Source: Paraspadella gotoi (lineage: Eukaryota > Animalia > Chaetognatha). Taken from it: a DNA stretch of 64,000 nt. The notes under the pieces were generated by a model that ran no database searches, was not told where the DNA came from, and saw only the letters and a list, made by a program, of their open reading frames with translations. The position numbers were made by a program, and so were the translations under genes. Of this stretch, positions 1-18,795 are shown in pieces (within the stretch, counting starts at the first letter, position 1; the number at the start of each line of letters is the position of its first letter). Location: contig CM119265.1 of assembly GCA_051294375.1 (NCBI GenBank), positions 18,834,631 through 18,898,630 of the forward strand, in the 5' to 3' direction.

Positions 1-547
1 TTTTTTCACTAGTTTTGTATTATACTTTTTAATGATAGAGAAAAAACACAACATCATAGGTCACCAATCCTAGTTGTTCTTTAGATTTAGAAGCAGAATG
101 CTCGACAAATACTGGACAATTTAACATCCAAACAAAAAAAGTTCAAACTCTAAATCCTGCGTATTTTTTCCTCCACTCAAAATCTGAAAACGCCCTCTGG
201 CAATGGCGGTAATTTCATGCAGAGATAAAAGTTAAAAGGTGAAAAAGTATAAAATAAAAATTAATATAGGAAAACTTAATAAGTAAAGGAAAATTAATTT
301 TTTTATTCAACTTTCATATACTCATAAATATTTTGTTTCTTAAATTTTAGATTGTATCCTCGTTTCTTTCCTCTGTTTTCTGTGGTCCGTCTTTCCCTGT
401 CGCTATCCTTACGATCTTTCTATTCTGAGAACCGCCACCTGCTTCAAATGGAATCCTCGCGGACTCTCTTCGATTTCGTTGCAAAATCCTTTCGCTCGAA
501 TCTTCCTTTTTTTCTCATTCCCAGGAACTCACGGTAAACCAGTCAAG

Positions 548-1649
548 ATGAAGGTCATCTTCGCCGGCATCGTCGCCATGCTCGTCGTCGCTTCCGTCCA
601 TGCCTCGGGTTGGTAATGTACAACGTATTTTGTACAAAGTATCTTTTTAAGAGGGTCCAACAAAAGCTCATATATTATATTTATAAGTTTATATACATGG
701 TGACAATTTTACAAGCGCCGGTAGAAATACGCTGTCATTTGCAAACCAGTGGTTATTTCATTGATTTTAAAAATTAGTTGAGTAGAACATATTAAAGTCA
801 TTTGTGTGTTCAAATTTTATATTGATCAGTTAAGATATGCCTTGGCAATGAGTGGAGAAAGTTGGCTTGTAAAATCGGGTTTTATTTTCCAACTCACTGT
901 TTTTAAAATCAATTTTTTTTTCTTAGAAGCCAACTTTCTCCACTCATTGCCAAGGCATATCTTAACTGATCAATATAAAATTTGAACACATAAATGACTT
1001 TAATATGTTCTACTCAACTAATTTTTAAAATCAATGAAATAACCACTGGTTTGCAAATGACAGCGTATTTCTACCGGCGCTTGTAAAATTGTCACCATGT
1101 ACGTATATTTGACAGTATTTCGTTAAGGAATGAGACAAAATATTATTGTACTATTTATATTTTGTTCGACCACCTCCACTAGTATTTGAAAATATTTCAT
1201 TGCCACTGCCAGGAGGAAAATTCGACGTCGACGTTAACGAACCGGAAGTTAGAGATGCCGCCCAAGCCGCGGCCAGGGATTTGACGAGGATGATGAACAA
1301 CCCTCATCACCAGCTGTTGGAGAAGGTTCACGAGGCTAAAGCTCAGGTCTGTTTCAAATTAGGATTAAAAAAAAAATTAAATAAATAGGCGCTGAAGTTG
1401 ATCAATGTTCAATTTGTTTCCTTCCGCTTCCTTCTCTGTCCTCAGATCGTCTCGGGAATTCTCTATTATCTCAAACTCGAGATCCGCGAATCCGGATGCG
1501 ACAAGAAGGCGCCCCTCGCCGCCTGCGACGCCCCGCCCAAGGACTTTTATCAAATCTGCACGCTGAAGGTTCTCTCGCAGCCTTGGCTCAAGGTTCTCGA
1601 GGTCATTGGCGGCTGGGAGTCCACCAGATGCTACCCCGTCTACCACTAG
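548..1649 (+). CDS. Secreted type-2 cystatin (cysteine protease inhibitor), 3 exons, ~142 aa
   Basis: Exons 548-608, 1183-1346 and 1446-1649 join in frame over GT-AG introns. Signal peptide MKVIFAGIVAMLVVASVHAS, N-terminal LPGG, QIVSG (QxVxG, split by intron 2), PW motif (SQPWL) and four C-terminal Cys. Confidence 0.93.
696..1099. mobile_element. Foldback MITE-like element with ~173-bp terminal inverted repeats and TA target-site duplication (Tc1/mariner-type), in cystatin intron 1
   Basis: 696-868 is the reverse complement of 927-1099 (one mismatch seen) around a 58-bp spacer. TA lies at 694-695 and 1100-1101. No transposase ORF. Confidence 0.85.
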
Positions 1650-2074
1650 AGGGCGTCGCCTTTTTGTAGAGCATCGATCGAGACTCTCGTCCGCAAGAGG
1701 AAGAAGGTCGTCGATGGTCGTTTGAAGTAATTAAAAGTTGTTTGTTACTTCGTTTGCCAGTTTTGTCTCGGAATATATTAGGTTAAATTTAATTTCTTGT
1801 GGCTTAATTAGTTAAATTAATCGACATCATTCCAAAATTCATTCTCGACAGGGAGAAGGAAGCCAATGCCTACGGCCTTCAACGTAATCGAAAAAGCGAA
1901 GCATTTCAAACAGAAGTTAAAAATTTAGTGTCAGAATAAAAGGAAAAAAATAGAAAAAAGTTCTGAAAAAAAAAAGACATTTTGATTTGACATTCGATGT
2001 TTGATTCTCTTTCGATGTCCCAATTCACTTTCATCCGACCGTGGTATTTCGTTAAAAAAAAATGAAGTGAGATT

Positions 2075-2181
<107 letters not shown>

Positions 2182-3782
2182 GTCGGAAATTAAAAAAATG
2201 TCATATTTATCCTGAAAATTTCAACGGGGAAAAAAGTTTAAAAAAACATGAAAAAAGGGGTGAGTTGATAATTTTTAAACATTAAACCCAAGTAGATATA
2301 TTACTTTCGTGCTCAGTTGGTTCATTATTCTGAACTAAAGCTCCCAAAAGAATGAGAATCCACGCCGTTTACGAGACTCCCTCCGATTCCACTTGGATGA
2401 GAGAGGGAGAGAGAGAGAGAGAAAGGAAGAGAGAGAGAGAGAGAGTCTCGAATCCCCTCGCCGTTTTTGGCAGTGACTCACTTTCCGACGATAATATATT
2501 TTTCAAATCACCCTCACTCATCCGTCGGTTGTTTCTTCGTTCATTGCATTTCTTTGCATTGGTTCTTCTATTTACAATAAATTTAGATATTGATAAATTT
2601 AAATCGATTAGCGCTGCTATATTTATAAAAAAATATATATATGTTTCAAGTTATTGAGCATGAAATAAAAATCTTCTTGAAAGATTAATTCAGATATTTG
2701 GCCTCAGCGAGTTAAAAATTTAAGAAAAAAATTTGGTTATTAATTAAGGCATTGTTTAAAAACTATTTAAGACTTAAGCCTCTGATTTGTCTCTTAAATT
2801 CCATCTCCTTTACTTTGATCGATGACGCACGATCCCCAAATTCTCGATTGTGACAACGTGACGCTCAGACGATTCAACCTCACTTTGCCAAAACCTCACA
2901 AAAAAAACTTACTTTTTTTCGCAAAAAAAGAAAAGACAAACAAAAACAAAAAGAACCGAGCGAAAGCGGCTACAATTTGTTTCTTTTTTTACATCGCCTC
3001 CCACCAAAAGTTTTTTTCTTTTAGTTTTTATATTCTCCATCATATTACAAACGACAAAGAGAAAAGGTTTCCTACAAGAGGTCGAGAGATGGAGTCATCG
3101 GGAACCGTCCCCGTCTTTTTTTTTTCTTTTTTCCCTTCTTTTCATTTCTGACTCTACTTTTCTTCAATCTTCATCATCTTTTTTCCCCCTTAAAGATTTT
3201 TCCTCATCCTTTACTTCTCTCATCTTTTTTCCTGTAATACTTTTCACGTTTTAAAGTGGAACCAAAAAAGAGAGAAAAACGGAAAGAAAAAGAAGAACTT
3301 TCATCATCCTGGCCAAACAATGAATTTTTTTTTTTTTAAATTCCAACTCAAACATATTCGCGTCTTGGATTTCAGATCTTTTCTTCGCTTTTAATTTTCC
3401 CCTCAAATTGGCAGGTGAACTGAGAAGTCGACGCGCGAAAAAAAGGGAATCGATCACGAATTTGCGATTTGCGCGGCTTTGCCTTTTTGTTTGTTTACGC
3501 TTCAATTAAATTTCGCGCGGTCCCGTCTTTCAACTTCGTACTCTGATCGACAAGGATGTGAACAACGGCGACGACATTTCTACGATTCAAAACAATTACT
3601 ACTAATCGATTAGCTGAAAACGACGCGAAACATGCGAATATATATAAATTACACCGTTTGGCAGTAGCATTGGCCAATGGCCATGGTGCAGACGCGGATA
3701 ATAGCGCATTGCTTCAGTAACGGCTTGAAACGACGTGTAAAAAACAACTAAAGAACAAACCTTCCCGTCGACGATCAATAAA

Positions 3783-10562
<6,780 letters not shown>

Positions 10563-11956
10563 TATTTATCGATGTGCGTGCATAATATTATTTATATCCA
10601 ACAGTGCAGTGTCTATTATGGGATTTATATGTGCCAGTGTTAATCGAATAAAGTGAAATTATCTACAAGAGCTCACAATTGTCTAGTGTAATGTTCCAGA
10701 TGATAGGAAAATGTTCAAGCTGTTCATCACTGTCGATAGCTTCCAATGAAAGCTTAGTCACTTTTTGGGTTACGAGCACCGTGGATATTCGTTTGTTTAT
10801 TGACAGGTCTCAGTTAATTAACTATGTAGAGGGATTTCCCTAGAAACGTCTTTTGTTCACCGTTCTTTCTTTCTTGCCCTTTTCTCGTCGCGTCGCTAGT
10901 CGTCATAAGTGCCGATCGCCAAAGTAAGAACAAAAGTCAACTGCGGCAACCGACGAGAATTCATGAGAAATGCTTGGTTATGTTTGGTTATGAGAAATAC
11001 AAATACAATATATATTATATATCATAAAATGCAAATTTAAGGAAAAAGTGTTTCCACACTTGAACTCGGTTTTTAAGGACTTTCCTTTAAAAAATAATGA
11101 AAGTCTCTCGTAATGCTTTGAACTAAATTTAATATCTTTTAAAATATATATTGAGAGAGTAAGCGAACCAAATTTTTTTTGGGCAGTTTTCTAAAAACCG
11201 CAAAAGGGTGGGAAATGTTTTCGATCGTCTCGGAAGGTGTAAAAACCGCTGTCGCGTCAAATGTTGACAATATTTCCTTTATTTTCTTCTAAAAAGCTCG
11301 GAAAAACGTTTTTTCCGAAAAAGTAATCTGGTTTATCTTCAAAACCGCAGTCGACGTTAAAAGCTGCAATATTTTGCTAAGTTACGACAGGAAGTAATTA
11401 AATGTGTGACGAATTAGGCATTTCAATATTGCAACTACGTATGTATTAAAAAGAGAAAACATATATACTTTTAAATATTAAACGGAAAATATATAAAAAT
11501 TTTAAAATATTACAAAAAAAAACTAAATAAAGGGGAATCTATTGGAAAAAGAAAAAGAAATCATATCACAGTCTTTATTTTTTTAATCTTCATGAAAATT
11601 TCAAGAGCCTTGAAGATCGGTCTGCTTTCTTCTAATGCAAAAAAAAATACTGTTCCTAATTTTAGTGAACTTTTAATATGACGAATGGGCTTACATTTCT
11701 CAGTAAAAGACATAATGCAAAAGAAAACGACAAATTTGTAGATGACAACTTATATTATATTTATGAAAATTCTTGTTTCCCCATATATAATTCATAAAGA
11801 TACAAATAGGATTTTTATTAACTCCTGTTAAAGAGAAAAAAAATGAAACATTCTTTGGCTTATAAAATTTACAATAAACCACTGAGATTAACAGGCATAT
11901 GAAAAACTTTTTCGTCCAATTAGATTTTCACGGTGACCGAAAGATAATAACCATCG

Positions 11957-13341
11957 TTATAAACAAATCGGACAGCAGATTCCGGGACATTGGATGGGAT
12001 TGGCGCAAGGGGGCGTGTCAGGACAGGTTTGGGTTAGACATTTGGCGACGCCACCGGGGCGCGCGCACCAGCAGAGGGTGCAAGCGTCTCTGGACATTCG
12101 CCAATGGTTGAGGGGAAGCCAGACTCGCGGGAAACTCGGGCTGTTAGACGTTTCACAACGCGGGACTTTGTCGGAAATGCACGTGCCGGGCGGATCATAA
12201 CTGTGAAAGAGAGAATGCAGTAAATATTAAATAACCAGTGGCTGCGCCAATACATGTAAATCACTTTCAAGGGCTTTAAATGATCTGTTAATACGGCACT
12301 AATAATATTTTGCTACTTATAAAAATATTTTATAATTCAAATTAATATTATTTTTGTTTAGATATATTATATATGATTAAAATGCTTTGATCAATACATA
12401 GAATAAGAAATAGAATAAAATAAAATCGAATAAGAAAAAAATATTTGTTAAAAAATATCCTAAAAAAATTTAAAAAGATTTAAGATAATAAAAATTTAAA
12501 AAAACAATTGCTATTTTGTTGAAGAGCAGGTGCAAGTGAAGATCAAGTGGGTGCAGCTAAAGTTTATTTTGAATGTTCATTTATCTTACAAAAAGCTTCC
12601 TTCTTTGTAGAGCTCTCTAGAAAATTTAATGTGACTTTTCTTTTGTTTCGGAAAAAAAGATTAAAACCACTGGTGGATATTCTTAAACTAAATTTAAAAA
12701 ATTATCTTTTATTTGTACAGCCATCTGGTTTATTAAGACTAAAAAATGTAAAAATTTGCTATTTTATTGAAGAGCAGGTGCTAATAAAGGTCGAGTGGGT
12801 GCAGATAGAAGAAAAAAATTATATAGAAATTAAAGGGAAAAAGAGACAAATCCTCATAGTAGGAAGGAAAAAGATTGAACGGGGAAAAAATTGAACAAAA
12901 AAGGGAAAAAATGTAAATAAAGTGATTTACAGAAAAAACATAAATCTAAAATGAAACAAACAGTCTTACCCCGCCGGGACGACGAAAAGGGGATCCTTGG
13001 GTTTGCAGACAAGTCCCGCCTTGCACCGGGGGTTCTTCCCTCCGCACGATGCTCCAAGTTCCGCGGCGCAGGCGCGGCAGCATCCGCAAGGCCCGACGGG
13101 AACCACCTCACAGAAAGACCCCGTCAACGCTCCCTTCACGCCGCCCTTGGTGTGGGCGATCACTTTCTGTGAGAGATTTAAAACGATCAAACAACTCAAT
13201 CAAATCAATTTGTCAAATCAATTATTTTACAAATACTTTTTGTTGGAGCTCGGCCGGCCTTGGTTCAGGACAGACAACACCGGAGCAAGCGCACGTGAGC
13301 CCGTACGCGCACGGGAACTGTGCGGTCGCGAGGAACAACAT
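11957..13341 (-). CDS. Secreted IGFBP N-terminal domain + single VWC domain protein (CCN/CRIM1-like half molecule), 3 exons, ~181 aa
   Basis: Exons 13341-13237, 13166-12970 and 12200-11957 are in frame. Twelve-Cys IB domain with GPCGCCRACA, then VWC CTLCWC...CCPIC followed by the stop. The start is uncertain: in-frame ATGs also lie at 13584 and 13614. Confidence 0.87.
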
Positions 13342-14177
13342 CGCCGCAAACCACAAGAGCTTCCTCTCTCTTCCGCCTTCGGAATCCGCGCGAGCGTTTT
13401 CTTTGTTTTTCGGACGAGAGTTTTCTAATTTTTTCGCGCGACTTCGTTTGACGTTTTTGGTTTTTTGGTTTTTGTCAACGTTTTTGTTGTTATTTAAACG
13501 AAAATAGTTTGCGTCGTTACCGACCGTCGCGTCGCGGACATAGGCATGGGGTTTTTCTCTATAAGAAGTAACTAATTCCGCCATTGTTTTTTCGGTTGAG
13601 GTTGTAATTTTCATTATTAATCTTTATGGGTGAGCTTTGCGAGGCGGTTTTGGGAGACGCGCCACCTTTGGCTCTCTAAACCTAAAGACTCGCTAAACCT
13701 TTAATCGTTAGATTTGCGAAATCGGTTACGTTTGAATTGTTCCTTTTAATTCCATCGACGTCGCTTCATTTCCTCCATTCTTTTCGTCATTCTTTTCTGC
13801 GCAAAAGATAATATCCTCGACAAGATTACAGAAGATCGTCACTAATTCAAAGTTTGAAGTTCTCTTTCCTCGTTCCTCGTTTGTACTTTTTTTAAAATGT
13901 TTTTATCATTTAATCTTTTTTTTTAATTCCGATTCCGACGCGCGATTTTCTTTTGCCGCCAGAGACGCGAAGCCGACGCCCAGTGACGTCACGGCCGAGT
14001 TCAAATATTTCATCTCTGCAAAAAAAAAAAAAAAAAAGAAAGATCGAGAAAAATGTAAAAAAAAAATGAATTTTACAAGAAGAAAGGAAAACGACATTTG
14101 AGATGGCATCTTCGAAAACGGGATGACGGGTGAGAGAACGGGGAAAACATCCTCGAAGGATAGAAGATGCGAGGATG

Positions 14178-14179
<2 letters not shown>

Positions 14180-14266
<87 letters not shown>

Positions 14267-14270
14267 AGAG
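14180..14270. repeat. (AG)n microsatellite
   Basis: Seen directly. Confidence 0.95.
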
Positions 14271-14726
14271 AAGGAAATGGCGTTGCACTAGAGACGCAAT
14301 CTAAGTGATGGAGGCATCGCCGTCGGGTAAGGAAAACAAAAAAAATAATGGGAAAGAAACTGGGAAAATAAAAGTATCAGAAGACAAAAAAAAATCCAAA
14401 TTTAAGCCCGAAAAGTAAACAAAAGGTAACAGGGAATAACATCAAGCTTCGAATCAATATTTGTTAGGGGTTTTAGCTGAGGGCATTTGGAATCGGGAGA
14501 CAAAACCAACCCCGAGGTTAACACCGGGGGGCACCGAAGAAGACAGGCCTCAGAGTCTCATTTAAACTTCGAAGGAAAAACTAAAAAAATCCTTAATTAA
14601 AATTAATTTACTTTCCAAACTTTAGAGGCAAACAGGTTGGGACCTTTTCTTCCGTCACCATTTGCCAAAAGAAATACAAAGTGCCATTTTTTCTTTGCCT
14701 CCAAATCGTTCCCTGGCCCCATTTTT

Positions 14727-14729
<3 letters not shown>

Positions 14730-14808
<79 letters not shown>

Positions 14809-14862
14809 CTCTGTGTGTGTCTCTCTGTTCCTCTCTCTGTCTCCTCTCTCTCTCATCTCTCT
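14730..14862. repeat. (CT)n microsatellite
   Basis: Seen directly. Confidence 0.95.
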
Positions 14863-15166
14863 CTTCGTCGTCATCCCCCGCTTTCCCCTTGGATGGCACA
14901 AATTCGAAATTGTCGTCTTCCGCCCCAAAAAAAGTCTGTTTTTCTCTAGAAAAAGTTGCGAATGGAAATGTTCCGAACGTCGCCTTTGGGTTTGGAGGTA
15001 AAGAGCCACCTACTTGGAGTGCGAAGGGGGGTCTCGAACCCTTGATTTTCCAGGTCGTTGAAGTCAATCGTTGTGTTTTTTAAGGAGAGAAGATTTGAAC
15101 ACACCATTGACTCAATCAGAAGTTAAAGCGCAAAAGTCATCATATTTCAAGAGAAACTAAGCCAAT

Positions 15167-15215
<49 letters not shown>

Positions 15216-17818
15216 ATTTCGTCACCAGGCCCAACCTCTTACAATGAAAATTCCCAAATTTGTGTGCTAAGCTCCCGGTTTTGGCAGAGAATTCCCTCGA
15301 GGAAAATCGATCTTGCGATTTGCTGGAAGATTTCAAATATTTTATTTGCTTAGCGATTCGTTTCATAAAGAATAAAAAATTATATGGTCGACCGGCAGAA
15401 ATGGGACTTGTCCATCTCGGGGTAAAAAACGTCATAATTAAAATATACATGTTATGTATATTCAAAGTGTGTGTCCGATTTGAGAGGATAAGAAAAAAGT
15501 TAAAATAAAACCAGATTTTGTCAAATTTATTGATGACCGTCTTGATAGTAAATAAATTAAAGAAAATAAACGCGTTTTATGCTGTTTATAACATATTGAT
15601 GTTCTAATTTTATTTTAAAAGTTAATTCATTCAAGATCTATTAGATTTATTTATTTCAATTATTATTTTATTTATATAAAATCATAAGACTTAATTTTAT
15701 CGGAACATGTAATTATTTTTAAATACTAACACTTAATACAGATTAACATAGTTTTTGATTGATTTTTTAAAAATTGCTATGAAAAATAATCTTTAGTTCA
15801 GTTATAGTAGTCATTTATTTTAATTTTCTTTTACAATTATGCTTAAAACGCAATGTACGAAGTTTTATCCTCAGTGAAGACAGGCGGTAGAGTGCGCCAC
15901 GTTCGCCGATTTGCACGGTGACGCTTCGCGCGCTGAACTCCGTTTTTCCAAAGAGGCAACGCCCGGTGACGGTCCAAACTCCAACCGCTAGCGAATTTAG
16001 ACGTGTGACCGAACATCGGAACAATTTCGTCAAGAGTGAAGAGTGAATTCCATCCCAATAAAAAAAAGCTTTAGAAGAAAATCTGGAGGAGGAGGAGCAG
16101 GAAGAGGAAGAAGAAGAATAAGACGAGATAAAGGACGGGATTTCGGAGATGCGACGAGAGAAGACGGAGAGAGAGAGAAGGGGATGGAGCGAGAAGGTGA
16201 TGGAATAATCTCATTTGATGGAGTGAGATGGAGATGTAAGGAACTCAAAGTGTCAGCTGGTCGCGGTGGGGTTCATTTTTTTTATTTTCGGTATTTTAAT
16301 GAGGTCCTTCACTAACTCATCAATGCTAAGATTAAGGGAGGAAATTAACCAGTGGAAATTGTCTTTTACATAATACTATATGATGTTCGAATGGAAACAA
16401 ACAGGTCCAGGCTATGTGGAATAAAAATGTCCAAAGATTTTTTCTTGTAGATTAAGAAAAATACGAAAGTGTATTTCGCTATTTATATGAACGTTTTTAT
16501 TCAAATGCAAGAAGGTTGCTTTAGTACAAAAATTAAAAGACAAAACAAATAGACTAGTGTAATGTGATACCATTTTTATAAAACGCGACTCGAACTCGAC
16601 CAGAAAACCCCGAGATCGTGACCTCCGCTCGTTGCAAGCAAACATTGCATTTGCAACTGACGAAAAAAGAACAAAAAAAGTGATCGAGTCACACTTGGCC
16701 CGTCATCCGGCAAAAGACAGGAGACGCAAACACTCCTACAACCAACAACCAAACACACACAAACTCACACAAACACACACAAACACACACACATCTTGCG
16801 ACGACCCGGAATTCTTTGTCCAGCCCCTCGAAATGTTTGCTCCTGGCCGAGGCTTCGAATCGGACGCGATTTGGCGTCACGCCAACGAGGAATGTTTCGA
16901 TCTCGTTAGCGTCAAATCGCGGAGAGAAACGGGAAGCGATTCGCAAATTAGACCACTCGCTACTAAATTGTTTGTTTTAATTTTTTTTTAATTAAGCTTC
17001 CATTTTTAAAAAATAAGATTATTAAAAGGATTAATTTCTTTAATTTGAATTAAACCGAAACAGCAAATTGTTCCGGAATTAAACCGCAACTAATCTATTC
17101 AGTTTATCATCCAAACTTTAAAAGTTAAAACGAACTCTCCTTTATTATCCGACAGAAAAAAAAAACTGCACAGAAAAGGATTAAGCAAGCTTCTTGTTTC
17201 ATAATCTCTTTTTTGGCAAAAGTTACTTCTATTCTTTCTCGATGATCGATGATATAAAATAAGCCTTTGTTCCTGAAAAGCAGAAGCTTCTATTGCGCAT
17301 GAAACATAAAGGTCGAGTCTTTTCCTTTTTTTTTTTATTTTTAGTTTCTTTAACTCTCCTTAATTTTTTTTCCCTCGCGGTTCTTTTTTTCGCACAAAAA
17401 TTGAAGAGAAAAGGAAACCAAAAAAATCCTTTTCCGGTTTCTCTTAGCGCTGCCCAAGTGAAAACACCGCCGCTGCTGTTGACACCGCTGCTGTCGCCGA
17501 TGCTGCCGCTGCTGACGCCATAGGTCGCGCCTTTTTTACAGAGCAAGTTTATCCTCACCCCGAGGCCGAAGTCGCGCAGCCAGAAGTGAGACAGTGACAA
17601 CGACGATCTAATATCTAATTCTGGGAGGTCAGACTACAGAAAGAAAAATAATAAAAATATTTTAAATCAAACTTGGGCATTACTAAGAGCGAGGACCTTA
17701 AGCGGACAAACAATTTGGTTAATTTGTTTTCCCGAATCTGACCACATGAGGTATTGGCATCTTTTCCAGGTTTTTTTCCCATCGAAATTAGTCGCAGGAG
17801 AGAAGAGAGAGAGAGAGA

Positions 17819-17871
<53 letters not shown>

Positions 17872-18736
17872 CACCCAAGATTTAATTCGTTTCTGCCAGA
17901 CTTCATTGAAAAACTCGATAAAAAGGAAGAAACCAAGAGACAAAGCCGACGCCCGAACTCAAATCCTGGATTTTCTGTCTTATTCACAATTCTTTACATC
18001 TCAACATCTTAACATCTTCTAATTACAATTTGAAAATGAAATTTTCCTTCTCCTTTTTTAAAAAAGGTTTTTGACTTTTACCTAACGATAAGATTAAAGA
18101 GTTTTTTTTTTTAATCAACAGAAATTAATTTCCCCAAAAAAATGCCAAAACAGATTTTTCATCGTGAGCGAGAAAATCTTGAAAAGAAAAAGTTGTTCTA
18201 ACTTCGTAAGTCTTTCTTTTTCTCCCAAGTATTTATTCACAATAACCAGTTTTATTGACCACGGACCACGGAGAATTTGTACGTACAAGACGAATAGCAA
18301 TGTTTGCCAACGAGCAAATGTTGCAATATTAAAATGTTTTTATTGGCAACGGGCAACAAATGAGAATTTCGCTCGCGTTTAATTACACTAAAGAGATCGA
18401 TTCATGACGTCACCGAATTTTCACCTTGAGTCAAGGAAAAAAAAACGAATGAAAATGAGAACGAATATGAATAAATAAGAAATTGTAAAATAAATACGAT
18501 TATAAGGATAATCCTAAAAAAATTGTCTAATTAAAAACATTAAACAAACAGTTCCCACTGAACATTTCCCGAAAAAAAATAATTTGAAAAAAAGAGTTTT
18601 TTTCCCGATTATTTTCAGAATCGAAAATGAATAGGAAATTAGGGAAAATACGGGGAACAAAAGAGAGGGAAAGGAGATTACAATTGGATCTTTTCCTTAC
18701 GTACGACCGAGAGCGCATTGGAACCTGGAAATCGAG

Positions 18737-18743
18737 TATAAAT
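18737..18743 (+). promoter_or_regulatory. Candidate TATA box of the ShK-collagen gene
   Basis: TATAAAT lies ~30 nt before an Inr-like CCAGT and ~55 nt before the ATG at 18796. Confidence 0.5.
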
Positions 18744-18795
18744 AGTTCGTCATCGATTTGAAGTACCCAGTGGACAACGTGAATCAGCGAACAAC

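Noticed and set aside
1146-1649. Two separate small ORFs (80 aa and 83 aa)
   Set aside because: They are exons 2 and 3 of one cystatin, read together with intronic sequence.
14850-17600. GC-richer patches (14850-15060, 15875-16030, 16800-16950, 17450-17600) as possible exons
   Set aside because: No phase-consistent exon chain or recognisable domain found; could be UTR or regulatory sequence.
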